From an uncultured Verrucomicrobiae bacterium (GTDB lineage Bacteria > Verrucomicrobiota > Verrucomicrobiia > Chthoniobacterales > JAATET01), in contig CAVRCI010000013.1 of the NCBI GenBank assembly GCA_963719495.1, forward strand, positions 320,001 through 384,000: a stretch of 64,000 nt of DNA, in the 5' to 3' direction. Position 1 is the first letter of the stretch. Each line of letters opens with the position of its first letter. Below are positions 9,562 to 19,142 of the stretch, piece by piece. The translations under genes and the position numbers were made by a program. Under the pieces are notes generated by a model that ran no database searches, was not told where the DNA came from, and saw nothing but the letters and a program-made list of their open reading frames with translations.

Positions 9562-10731
9562 ATGCCGAGCTCCTCGTATTCCGTCTTTGTCGAAGGGGCT
9601 TTCACGCCCGATGCCGTCCGGACGGCGGCCGTTTCATTACGGGAGCATCTCGGCGCACCCGCGACGCTGGCGTTCGCTTTCGTGACGCCGGACTACCTCG
9701 GCAACCTCGATGAATTCATCGACACCGTCCGCGTCGACGGCCACGTGGCCGAAGTCGTCGGCTGCACCGCCTCCACGCTCATCGCCGACGGCGGCGAGAA
9801 GGAAGGTGCTTCCGGATTCGTCCTCATGGGCCTGCTCGCACCCGAATCCACCGTGCGGATCGTCGACCTGCCGACCGAAGCGATGGAGGAAGCGGTCGGC
9901 CCGGAGACTTGGAAGGAAGCCGCCTCCGGCGTCAACGGCTGGCTCGTGCTCGGCAATCCCTACGGCTTCCCAGCCGACGAATGGCTCACGGAGTGGAGCG
10001 GCGTCGCTCCCGAGGTCCCGGTGATCGGCGGGATTGCCAGTGGCGGCGAATCCGAAGGCGAAATCGCGGTTTTTCACAACTCGGACCTGATCTCCGGTGC
10101 CGTCGCCATCGGATTCTCCGGATCGCTGCAGATCGTCGCGGCGGTCAGCCAAGGCTGCCGCCCCATCGGCGAAGCGCTGCCCGTCACGAAAGCCGAAGAC
10201 AACGTCGTCTTCTCGCTCGGATCCCGCCCCGCCTACCAGGCGCTCGAGACCGCGTTCGAATCGCTCTCCGAGGACGAGCGCTCCCACGCTCAAGGCAACC
10301 TCTTCGCAGGCCTCGCGAACAACGAATACGTCGACGAATTCCGCTCCGGCGATTTCCTCATCCGCAACATTATCGGTGCCGACCCGAATTCCGGCGCCGT
10401 CGTGATCGGCGGCATTCCGCGAGTCGGCCAGACGCTGCAATACCAACTCCGCGACGGTGCCGCCGCCGACGCCGACCTCCGCAGCGTCCTCGGCGGAGTC
10501 ACTTCGGTGCATCACGACACGCCGGTCGCGTCGCTCGTGTTCAGCTGCCTCGGCCGCGGCACCCGGCTCTTCGACGAGCCAAACCACGACGCCGGCCTCG
10601 TGCAAAAAGCGCTGCAAGCCCACCCGTCGGCGGGCTTCTTCGGCAACGGCGAGATTGGTCCCATCGGCGGTCGGAATTGCGTCCACGGCTACACGGCCTC
10701 CTGCGCGCTCTTCTACGACAAACGGTTCTAA
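9562..10731 (+). CDS. FIST signal transduction protein
   Basis: GGIASGG, VSQGCRPIG, FSCLGRG and GFFGNGEIGP motifs. Confidence 0.9.
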   Translation: MPSSSYSVFVEGAFTPDAVRTAAVSLREHLGAPATLAFAFVTPDYLGNLDEFIDTVRVDGHVAEVVGCTASTLIADGGEKEGASGFVLMGLLAPESTVRIVDLPTEAMEEAVGPETWKEAASGVNGWLVLGNPYGFPADEWLTEWSGVAPEVPVIGGIASGGESEGEIAVFHNSDLISGAVAIGFSGSLQIVAAVSQGCRPIGEALPVTKAEDNVVFSLGSRPAYQALETAFESLSEDERSHAQGNLFAGLANNEYVDEFRSGDFLIRNIIGADPNSGAVVIGGIPRVGQTLQYQLRDGAAADADLRSVLGGVTSVHHDTPVASLVFSCLGRGTRLFDEPNHDAGLVQKALQAHPSAGFFGNGEIGPIGGRNCVHGYTASCALFYDKRF

Positions 10732-10734
10732 GCG

Positions 10735-11838
10735 ATGGCGAAAAAATCGAAGACCGGGCTGATTTTCTTCCTGCTCGCAATCGCCGCCGCGGTGGGCGGA
10801 GCGGGCTGGTATTTTCTCCAAGGTGACCTGCTGGAATCCGAAGACGAAGTGCCGGGCAACCTCATCACCCAGGCCGAGCGCCGCGACATCGAATCGAAAC
10901 TTCTGCTCTCCGGCGAAGTCATCCCCGCCTTTCAGGTCGACGTCAAACCCGAGGTCGGCGGCAAGGTCAAATCCCTCGACGTCGAGACCGGGCAGGCCGT
11001 GAAAAAGGGCGACCTCCTCGCCGTGATCGACGACACCGACCTCCTCACGGAAAAGTCCGCCGCGCTCACCGAGATCGCGGGCGCCCAACTCTCCGTCGAC
11101 AAAAACCGCGGCAACTACCAGCGTGCCAAATCGCTCTTCGACGAAAAACTCATCAGCAAGGAAGTCTACGCCAACCTCGAAGCCGACCTCCTCATCTCCG
11201 AAAACTCGTTCAAGAAAGCCGAAAGCCGCCTCCGCTCCGTCGAAGACCGCCTCAGCAAAACCCGCATCCTCGCCCCCGCCGACGGCACCATCCTCAACAT
11301 CCCCGTCAACGAAGGCCAGGTCGTCACCGCCGCCGCGAGCGTGAATTCCGGCACGCTCCTCATGACGTTCGCCGACCTCACGCGGCTCCTCATCGACACC
11401 CACGTCAACCAGATGGACGTCGCCAAGGTGAAGTCGAAGCAGGAGGTCGAAATCGAAATGCAGGGAGCCGATTCGCGCACCATCCAGGCCCGCGTCGAGT
11501 TCGTCGCCCCCCTCGCCACCGTCAAAAACAACATCAAAGGCTTCCAGGTCCAGGCTCTCATCCTCGACAACGAAGGCCGCCTCAAACCCGGCATGTCCGT
11601 CAGCATGACAGTCCCCATCGGCGCCGCCAAATCCGCGGTCAGCGTCCCGATCGCGGCGGTCTTCAGCGAGGACGACGAAAACGTCGTCTACGTGAAATCT
11701 TCGAAGGAGGGCCAGATCGCCGACCGCCGCAAGGTCACCGTGGGCCTGTCGAACCTCTCTTTCGCCGAGATCACGTCCGGCCTCGAGGAGGGCGAAGAGA
11801 TCCTCCTCGTGAACCCAAGGCTCCTCGAGTCGAGCTGA
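10735..11838 (+). CDS. Efflux periplasmic adaptor subunit (MacA-like)
   Basis: N-terminal TM, lipoyl-like V..G..VKKGDLLA, IxAPxDG and LKPGMS motifs. Confidence 0.9.
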   Translation: MAKKSKTGLIFFLLAIAAAVGGAGWYFLQGDLLESEDEVPGNLITQAERRDIESKLLLSGEVIPAFQVDVKPEVGGKVKSLDVETGQAVKKGDLLAVIDDTDLLTEKSAALTEIAGAQLSVDKNRGNYQRAKSLFDEKLISKEVYANLEADLLISENSFKKAESRLRSVEDRLSKTRILAPADGTILNIPVNEGQVVTAAASVNSGTLLMTFADLTRLLIDTHVNQMDVAKVKSKQEVEIEMQGADSRTIQARVEFVAPLATVKNNIKGFQVQALILDNEGRLKPGMSVSMTVPIGAAKSAVSVPIAAVFSEDDENVVYVKSSKEGQIADRRKVTVGLSNLSFAEITSGLEEGEEILLVNPRLLESS

Positions 11839-11842
11839 CGTC

Positions 11843-12553
11843 GTGGCCGCCGTCCTCGTCGACCTCGAAAACGTCCGCAAGACGTATCGCCTCGGCGACC
11901 AGGAGATCCACGCCCTCGGCGGCGTCACGCTCCAGATCCGCGAAGGCGAATTCGTCGCCATCACCGGCCCCAGCGGCAGCGGCAAATCCACCCTCATGCA
12001 CCTCCTCGGTTGCCTCGACACCCCCACCTCGGGTCGCATGGAAATCTGCGGCCACGACATCGTCGCCGCCTCGTCCGACCGGCTCTCGATGATCCGCAAC
12101 CGCGAAATCGGCTTCGTTTTCCAATCGTTCAATCTCCTCCCCCGCCTCGACGTCGTCGAAAACGTCGCCATGCCGATGATCTACGCCGGCGTCGGTCAGC
12201 GAAAGCGCCGCGCCCGCGCCCTCGAACTCGTCGAGCGAGTGGGGCTGAAAGACCGCGCCGCCAACCGTCCCACCCAGCTCAGCGGCGGCCAATGCCAGCG
12301 CGTCGCCATCGCCCGCGCCCTCGTGAACGACCCGAAAATCCTCTTCGGCGACGAGCCGACCGGCAACCTCGACAGCACCACGGGCAAAATGATCCTCGGA
12401 ATGTTCCGCGAGCTCCACGACTCCGGTCGCACGGTCGTCCTCGTCACCCACGACCCGACCGTCGCCGCGACGACTGATCGCGTGATCGAAATTCGCGACG
12501 GCGTCGTCCACCGCGTTTACGATCCACGCGAGGAAGCGAGGGCGGCGGCATGA
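11843..12553 (+). CDS. ABC transporter ATP-binding protein (MacB/LolD-like)
   Basis: GPSGSGKST, LSGGQ and DEPTGNLD motifs. Confidence 0.93.
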   Translation: MAAVLVDLENVRKTYRLGDQEIHALGGVTLQIREGEFVAITGPSGSGKSTLMHLLGCLDTPTSGRMEICGHDIVAASSDRLSMIRNREIGFVFQSFNLLPRLDVVENVAMPMIYAGVGQRKRRARALELVERVGLKDRAANRPTQLSGGQCQRVAIARALVNDPKILFGDEPTGNLDSTTGKMILGMFRELHDSGRTVVLVTHDPTVAATTDRVIEIRDGVVHRVYDPREEARAAA

Positions 12554-13866
12554 TGTTCTGGATCACCGTCGAGACCGGCGTGCGGGAGATTTTTTCGCAC
12601 AAATTCCGGAGTTTTCTCTCGATGCTCGGCATCGTCCTCGGAGTCAGCAGCCTCATCGCGACGCTGGCGCTCACCGACGGCATCGAACGCAGCTCCCGCG
12701 CCTTCATGCAGCAAATGGGGGGCATTGAAATGGTCAAAGTCGTCGACAAGGACATCTCCACCGAGAACCTCGACTTCTGGAATCTCTCGCCCGGTCGCAC
12801 CCTTCAGGATGCCGAAGCCATCCGCCGCTCCGCCCCCCTCGTCTCCTACGTCTCACCCGAATTCGACGAGGGCATGCCCGTCTCCGTCGGCGGCCAGCAG
12901 TTGCGAACCCGCGTGAGCGGCGTCTGGCCGGAATACGTCGAGGCCACCGACACCCAGCTCCAGGTCGGACGCACCATCTCCGACCTCGACGTCGAACGCG
13001 CCACCCGGACGGTCGCCATCGGAGCCACGGTCGCGGCAGAAATGTGGCCCTACCTCGCCCCGGAACAAACGATCGGAAAAACCATTTTCCTCCGCCAAAC
13101 CCCGTTCGAAGTCATCGGCGTCTTCCAGCTCTACGAGCGCGAGCGCGACAAGAAGGAGGACAAGGACAAGGAAGCCCGTCGCGCGGCCCGCGGTGCCGGC
13201 AACCGCGGCTGGGATCCCTTTCGCTGGAAGAACGAAGCCGTCATCATCCCGATCACCACGATGTTCTACGAGTTCCAGTCCGGCAAATTCCCCGAGGACT
13301 CCATCGACACCGTTCGAATCAAGGACCTCACGTTCCGCGTCGGCAACCTCGACAACTTCGAAGCCACCCTCGAGCAGGTCCGCGCCGCCCTCGTGAAAAC
13401 CCACCGGGGCGTCGACGATTTCGGCTTCGATACCCGCGAAGATTGGTTCGACAACATGAACTCCCAGATCGCCGCGACCCGCACGAGCGGCGGACTCATC
13501 GCCGGCATCAGCCTCCTGGTCGGCGGCATCGGGATCGCGAACATCATGCTCGCCAGCATCTCCGAGCGCGTCCGCGAGATCGGCATCCGCCGAGCCGTCG
13601 GCGCCCGGGGGCGCGACATCTTCCTCCAAATCATCATCGAAAGCGTCTCGACCGCGCTGATGGGCGGCGTGCTCGGAGTCTTCGTTGGCTTCGGGCTCAT
13701 CGAGCTCATCGGCATTCTCGCTCCCAGCGACAGTCCGCCCTTTGTGAAAGCGGGCAGCATCGTGCTTAGCGTCGTCTTCGCCGCCGTCGCCGGAATCCTC
13801 TCCGGCATCTATCCCGCCATGCAAGCCTCCCGCCTCGATCCCATCCAAGCCCTCCGCTACGAGTAG
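12550..13866 (+). CDS. ABC transporter permease (MacB/FtsX-like)
   Basis: LLVGGIGIANIM, ERVREIGIRRAVGA and ASRLDPIQALRYE motifs. Confidence 0.93.
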   Translation: MMFWITVETGVREIFSHKFRSFLSMLGIVLGVSSLIATLALTDGIERSSRAFMQQMGGIEMVKVVDKDISTENLDFWNLSPGRTLQDAEAIRRSAPLVSYVSPEFDEGMPVSVGGQQLRTRVSGVWPEYVEATDTQLQVGRTISDLDVERATRTVAIGATVAAEMWPYLAPEQTIGKTIFLRQTPFEVIGVFQLYERERDKKEDKDKEARRAARGAGNRGWDPFRWKNEAVIIPITTMFYEFQSGKFPEDSIDTVRIKDLTFRVGNLDNFEATLEQVRAALVKTHRGVDDFGFDTREDWFDNMNSQIAATRTSGGLIAGISLLVGGIGIANIMLASISERVREIGIRRAVGARGRDIFLQIIIESVSTALMGGVLGVFVGFGLIELIGILAPSDSPPFVKAGSIVLSVVFAAVAGILSGIYPAMQASRLDPIQALRYE

Positions 13867-13881
13867 AACGGCCTCCCGCCG

Positions 13882-13912
13882 TCCGTGCCCATCGGCTTCC
13901 AGCCGATCACCA
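13882..13912 (+). repeat. REP-like hairpin, identical to 9392-9422
   Basis: Direct comparison. Degenerate inverted partial copies follow at about 13919-13960. Confidence 0.85.
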
Positions 13913-13990
13913 AACCCTCATCGACTGGAAGCCGCACTCACTCGATCGGCCGGAAGCCGGGTCCCCGGGAACGCCGACCTTCCCCCGACG

Positions 13991-14662
13991 CTAATCCGCC
14001 AGGTGCGAGAAATCGTGGTCCACGAACTCCCCAATCCGCCCCAGCGTAATATCGGCCGCCGGGAACCTGTCTTCCACCCCCGCCTCGGTCGCATAGTGCC
14101 CCTGTTTCACGAAGACCGTCGTCAGCCGATCGCCCCAGATCTCCTTCATCGCCGTAAGAATCCGCAGTTTGTCGTCGAGCATTACGTAATGATCCGCCGG
14201 ATGCACCGACTCGACGTATTCCAGACTCTGCTCCTTGTGGATGAGAATGATCACGCTCCGGCGGACCGCCTCGAAGATCCCGGAGCGCTCGACCTTCCTG
14301 GGCTGAAACACCGCGTCACCGTCTGACAGAACGACGGCTTTTCCAAAAGACTGCGCGTGCTCGATCGCATCGAGCGAACCCGGATAAAGCCGATTCGCGA
14401 AGGGGTAGTCCACCAGGTAGCTCGACATCCGGAGCAGCCGCGCATCGTGCAGCTCCTCGAGGCGGTAGCGCTGAAGCGTCTGGAGGTAATCCGCGTAACC
14501 CTGCTCGGCGCGAAGTTCCTCGAAAATCTCCCAGTAGCGGTCGCAAACCTCCCCGCCGAAGTGATCGAGATACTTGTGCAGGTCGGCGGTAACCTTGTCG
14601 TTGTCGAGGAGGGTATTGTCGACGTCGAAGAAGAAGACGACCTTTTCGCGGGGCTTGCTCAT
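13991..14662 (-). CDS. HAD family hydrolase
   Basis: FDVDNTL motif I, LSDGD and MLDDK motifs. Confidence 0.88.
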   Translation of the reverse strand: MSKPREKVVFFFDVDNTLLDNDKVTADLHKYLDHFGGEVCDRYWEIFEELRAEQGYADYLQTLQRYRLEELHDARLLRMSSYLVDYPFANRLYPGSLDAIEHAQSFGKAVVLSDGDAVFQPRKVERSGIFEAVRRSVIILIHKEQSLEYVESVHPADHYVMLDDKLRILTAMKEIWGDRLTTVFVKQGHYATEAGVEDRFPAADITLGRIGEFVDHDFSHLAD

Positions 14663-14686
14663 ATTTGAATCCTATTCGGACGCATC

Positions 14687-14736
14687 ATCCGTGTGAATCC
14701 GCGTTCATCCGTATTAATCCGTATTAATCCGTGGTT
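14687..14736. repeat. Five tandem 10-mers ATCCG-N5
   Basis: ATCCGTGTGA ATCCGCGTTC ATCCGTATTA ATCCGTATTA ATCCGTGGTT. Confidence 0.85.
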
Positions 14737-14740
14737 GAAA

Positions 14741-16384
14741 TCACCCCGCCGCGAAGGCGGTCGCCAGAATCTCCTGAGCCTCGGTTTGGATGCGTTTGAG
14801 GTGGTCCGCATCGCGGAAACTTTCGCCGTAGATTTTGTAAACTTCCTCGGTGCCGGACGGGCGGGCGGCGAACCAGCCGGACTCCGTCTCGACCTTGAGC
14901 CCACCGATCGCCGCTCCGTTGCCCGGCGCTTCGGTGAGCCGGCGGGTGATCGGCTCGCCCGCGAGTTCCGTCGCCGGGACCTGGTCGGGCGTGAGGTTTT
15001 TGAGGATCTTCTTCTGCGCGGCATTCGCCGGGGCGTCGATCCGCTCGTAAACGGGTGCGCCGAATTCCCGGGTGAGATCGGCGTAGTGCTCGCCGGGGTC
15101 GCGCCCGGTCTTCGCCGTAATCTCGGCCGCCAGCAAACCGAGAATGAGCCCGTCCTTATCGGTCGTCCAAACCCCGCCTTCGCGCCGCAGGAACGAAGCC
15201 CCCGCGCTCTCCTCGCCGCCGAAGCCAAGGCTGCCGTCGAAGAGCCCGTCGACGAACCACTTGAACCCAACCGGCACCTCACGAAGCGGACGACCCAGCT
15301 TCGCCGCGACCCGGTCGATCATCGAACTGCTGACCGCCGTCTTGCCGATTCCCGCGTTCGCAGGCCAATTCGGGCGGTTGGAGAAGAGGTAGGAGATCGC
15401 CACGGCGAGAAAGTGGTTGGGGTTCATCAGCCCCGCGCTCGGCGTCACGATCCCGTGGCGATCCGCGTCGGTATCGTTCGCGAAGGCGACGTCGAATTTG
15501 TCCTTGAGACCGATCAGCCCCGCCATCGCGGACGGCGACGAGCAATCCATCCGAATCTTCCCGTCCCAATCCACGGTCATGAATCGAAACGTCGGATCAA
15601 CGTCGCCGTTTTGAATGGTGAGGTCCAATCCATACTTTTCGGCTATGGGACCCCAGTAGGCCACCGACGCGTTCCCCAAGCAATCCACGCCGATCTTGAG
15701 ACCAGCGTTCTTGATGACGTCCAAATCGATCACCGCGCCAAGGTCGCCGACGTAGGCCGCCACGTAATCGAACTTCTCCGTGGTGTCGGCGGCAAGGGCC
15801 TTGGTGAGAGAGATGCGCTTCACGCCGGCGCGACCGGCGGCGAGCAGTTCGTTCGCGCGGTTCTGGACCCAACCGGTGATGTCGGTGTCGGCGGGGCCGC
15901 CGTTCGGCGGATTGTATTTGAACCCACCATCGCCCGGAGGATTGTGCGACGGCGTGATGACGATGCCGTCAGCGAGGCCGGAGGTGCGCCCGGCGTTGTG
16001 CGCGAGAATCGCGTGGGAAATCGCGGGGGTCGGCACGTAACCGTCGGCGGCGTCGATGCGGATGCTCACGCCGTTGGCAGCAAGCACCTCGAGCGCCGTC
16101 GCGTGGGCGGCCTCGGAAAGCGGGTGGGTGTCCATCCCGAGGTAAAGCGGGCCGTCGATGCCGTTGGTGGCGCGGTATTCACAGATAGCCTGAGTCGTCG
16201 CCAGGATGTGGTCCTCGTTGAACGTCCGCCGCGTCGCGGTCCCGCGGTGGCCGGAGGTGCCGAAGCTCACTCGCGCCGCGGGATTGCCGGGATCAGGCTG
16301 ATCGGAAAAGTAGGCCGTGAGAAGGCGCGGAACGTTCGTGAGGATCGAAGCGGGAGCGGGTTGACCAGCGAGCGGCGAGTTCAT
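14741..16384 (-). CDS. pgm: Phosphoglucomutase (alpha-D-glucose-1,6-bisphosphate-dependent)
   Basis: [30 protein letters not shown] and RPSGTE motifs. Confidence 0.97.
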   Translation of the reverse strand: MNSPLAGQPAPASILTNVPRLLTAYFSDQPDPGNPAARVSFGTSGHRGTATRRTFNEDHILATTQAICEYRATNGIDGPLYLGMDTHPLSEAAHATALEVLAANGVSIRIDAADGYVPTPAISHAILAHNAGRTSGLADGIVITPSHNPPGDGGFKYNPPNGGPADTDITGWVQNRANELLAAGRAGVKRISLTKALAADTTEKFDYVAAYVGDLGAVIDLDVIKNAGLKIGVDCLGNASVAYWGPIAEKYGLDLTIQNGDVDPTFRFMTVDWDGKIRMDCSSPSAMAGLIGLKDKFDVAFANDTDADRHGIVTPSAGLMNPNHFLAVAISYLFSNRPNWPANAGIGKTAVSSSMIDRVAAKLGRPLREVPVGFKWFVDGLFDGSLGFGGEESAGASFLRREGGVWTTDKDGLILGLLAAEITAKTGRDPGEHYADLTREFGAPVYERIDAPANAAQKKILKNLTPDQVPATELAGEPITRRLTEAPGNGAAIGGLKVETESGWFAARPSGTEEVYKIYGESFRDADHLKRIQTEAQEILATAFAAG

Positions 16385-16520
16385 GGGACCGAGCCTAGCA
16401 AAGTCGCGCCGTCCGCCAATTCCCGAGTTTTGGCTGATTCCTCGGTGACGCGAACGAACTCACGATTCGATTACAATTTTTCTGAAATCATTACGAAATT
16501 CCGGAAGTAGAAAATAATCA

Positions 16521-18083
16521 TTACGTTGCTTGCCCTCCCGAGACCCCCGCGACGACCGATTCTAGGGCAGCGATTTCCTGGTCCGTCAGTCGTTCGAACT
16601 CCACGGACTGCCGCTTTCGCGCTGAAAGACGGCCACCATTCTGTCGACAGAGCTTCACGAACAGATCGGCGATCCGGTTCGGCAGGTCGACGATGTCTCG
16701 CATCCTCTGTCGAATTTCGTCGTTTGCTGCCAGGTAACCAAGTTCGGTCGGTAATTCTTCCTCGATGGTCTCGCGGATGAAATCGATTCCGATGCGGGTC
16801 AGGTCGGTGCAGTCGATGTAGCGGTAGAAGTCGATGGTCTCGTTGGTGACGGTCATCCGCTGCCGATCATCGAGCGTGTATTCCACCCGCTTCATGAGAG
16901 GCCGCGAGAAGCTCTCGAGTGCCTGATCGTAGAGCGACGGGCGATTGAGAATCACGGCGGATACCGGCAGGATAATCCCTTCGGGTCCAAAGCCATTCCT
17001 GGCCAGAACGTGGTGCAGGAGGAATCGATGAATTCGACCATTTCCGTCGCTGAACGGATGAAGAAAATCGAATGCGAAGGAAATGACGACCGCCGCGACC
17101 AAGGTCGGGACTTCCGATCGGATGACCGCCTCCTTCTCCCGGAGCCGGATGCGCCGCGTGGTAATTTGTTTGGCCATCATCAAGAAACCATTCATGAGTT
17201 CGTCGAGATCGTCGGGTTTGGGCGCGGCATAGTGAATCCGCTCCAAGCCCGACGCGAGCGTCTCTCCCACGTAAACCTGACGATCATCGTCCTCCCGATC
17301 GCTTCGCCAACCAGGGTCGGCGTAGCGCGCATCGACGATGGCTTGGTGCAGCTCGACCAGAGATTCCTTCTTCAGGAAACTTCGGTGCCAAGCCTGCTCC
17401 AAGAGACTGATGAAGACCTCGGCTCGCCGGTGCGCTGGAGTCTCGCGTTCGATCTCGTGGCTACTGCGACTCTCCTTCGCGTAGAGGAAGCGGACCGCTC
17501 GCTGGAAGATATCTGGCGGGTATTTTCCCACGATTTCCTGACAGCGCGCCTTGAGCGTTTGCTCGTCCTGCGACCGGAACCCAGCGCAGCGGACCATCGG
17601 TGAGAACGTCAGACTTCCCAAAAGGTTCACGTTGATCCGTTGGCGTTTCGCTCTCCGGACGGGACCGGTCACGTAAAGGGCGGAATCGAGCAGATCCACG
17701 TAGTTTCCCTGCGATAGATTCGGGATCGGCAGGTCCTGGTTTGTAAACGACTCGAACAGCCACCAAATCACGCGCGCATACCGCCCGGTCGGGCGGCTCT
17801 TGACGAACTCGGTGAGTTCCTCTGGTGACAGAAGCGGAAGCAGTTTCCGGAGGAGTTCCAGGTGTAAACCCTCTCGGCGGAGAGCGAACTCGAGTTGAGA
17901 AAAGGTGTCCTCGCCCGGATGCTGAGAAGCGTTGAGATACTCGATCACCCGGCCTTCCTTTTCGACGGTCCGACGGGCACCGCGGCGAAGCGCGCGGCTT
18001 TCCACCCAATGCGGCATCACTTTGATTCGGAAGGTTTCTGCCAACCAAAGGTAGCCGAGCGGGTTACTTTTTGGCGTTGCCAC
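16521..18083 (-). CDS. Fic family protein with long N-terminal extension
   Basis: HPFSDGNGRIHR Fic motif and ESRSSHEIERE helix. Confidence 0.88.
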   Translation of the reverse strand: MATPKSNPLGYLWLAETFRIKVMPHWVESRALRRGARRTVEKEGRVIEYLNASQHPGEDTFSQLEFALRREGLHLELLRKLLPLLSPEELTEFVKSRPTGRYARVIWWLFESFTNQDLPIPNLSQGNYVDLLDSALYVTGPVRRAKRQRINVNLLGSLTFSPMVRCAGFRSQDEQTLKARCQEIVGKYPPDIFQRAVRFLYAKESRSSHEIERETPAHRRAEVFISLLEQAWHRSFLKKESLVELHQAIVDARYADPGWRSDREDDDRQVYVGETLASGLERIHYAAPKPDDLDELMNGFLMMAKQITTRRIRLREKEAVIRSEVPTLVAAVVISFAFDFLHPFSDGNGRIHRFLLHHVLARNGFGPEGIILPVSAVILNRPSLYDQALESFSRPLMKRVEYTLDDRQRMTVTNETIDFYRYIDCTDLTRIGIDFIRETIEEELPTELGYLAANDEIRQRMRDIVDLPNRIADLFVKLCRQNGGRLSARKRQSVEFERLTDQEIAALESVVAGVSGGQAT

Positions 18084-18178
18084 TATTCCGAGATTACAAA
18101 CCTTCCGAAATCATTACAATAGAGGGTTTATTTTCAAATTGATTTACGCCTTTCGTCGTATACGGCGGCCGCGAACTT

Positions 18179-18212
18179 AAAAAAACGGCGATCCTTGGAG
18201 GATCGCCGTTTT
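18179..18212. terminator. Intrinsic terminator downstream of the DUF892 gene
   Basis: Hairpin AAAACGGCGATCC-TTGG-AGGATCGCCGTTTT with a T7 tract on the minus strand. Confidence 0.85.
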
Positions 18213-18234
18213 GAAATTGGGAATGGTGACGAAA

Positions 18235-18744
18235 TTACGCGTGAGCGGCTTCGGCGTTGACGCCGCTGGAGAGAAATCCCCCCTGGGCGATCTTGTCGAG
18301 CTTCTCGTCGGCCGAGTATTCTTCGTCGAGTGTCTTCTGGAGCAGATCGGCGATGTCGCCGAGGTCGAGTTGCTTGGCGAGGGTCCGGGCGGTGCCGTAG
18401 CCAGCGATCTCGTAGTGCTCCACCCGCTGGGCGGCACCGATGAGCGCGGCGTCGATGACGGCTGGATCGCCGGTGGCAGCGATGATCTGCTCGCCTTCCT
18501 TCACGAGACCCTGGGTGGCCTCGCACGTCTCTCCGTCGTAGCGGGCACCGAGCTTGGAGTAGACCTCGTCGAGGCGGCGCTGTTGTTCGAGTGTCTCGTC
18601 GAGGTGCGCGGCGAAAGCGTCCTTGAGATCGGGGTGAGTGGCGGCGATTTGCATCTTCGGCAGAAGCTCGGCGATGCGGCGTTCGGCGTCGTAGAGGTCG
18701 TTGATTTCGGCGAGGAGGAGATCGTTGAGGGTATTGAGTTGCAT
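18235..18744 (-). CDS. Ferritin-like DUF892 (YciE/YciF) protein
   Basis: DLYDAE, HLDET..Q..RL and AAQRVEHYEIAGYG motifs. Confidence 0.92.
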   Translation of the reverse strand: MQLNTLNDLLLAEINDLYDAERRIAELLPKMQIAATHPDLKDAFAAHLDETLEQQRRLDEVYSKLGARYDGETCEATQGLVKEGEQIIAATGDPAVIDAALIGAAQRVEHYEIAGYGTARTLAKQLDLGDIADLLQKTLDEEYSADEKLDKIAQGGFLSSGVNAEAAHA

Positions 18745-18883
18745 GGTATTGAATCGGTTGGTGGGTTTGAAGTGACGCGGTTGGATCGCATCCGACCCTG
18801 GGATCGCGCGGGTGCGGGGAAGGAATTTGAGGACGAACATCGGAGCGTCGGGAGGACAAGGGGTCGACGCCCTGAGACCCATC

Positions 18884-18904
18884 GGGAGGGCAGGATGCCC
18901 TCCC
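18884..18904. repeat. REP-like hairpin GGGAGGGCA-GGA-TGCCCTCCC
   Basis: Perfect 9-bp stem. Related hairpin at 33732-33752. Confidence 0.7.
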
Positions 18905-19142
18905 CCCCTCACGTTCTGGTCTTCGAAGAGATCCCCGATCTATGATGCGCGCCAGGATGTAGAAGGCAAAACTCGCCCGAGGTCTGCGCCTGAACGTCTC
19001 AGCTGACGAAGGCGAAAAGCGCTTCCACAACAGGATCCGAAAGAACGTTCGGACCAGCGGCATCATCGCGCCTGAATTCGCCGCCAGTTGGAACAGATCA
19101 TACCTAATCTTGCAATGTCACCTGGTCACACCGCGTTGCGTG

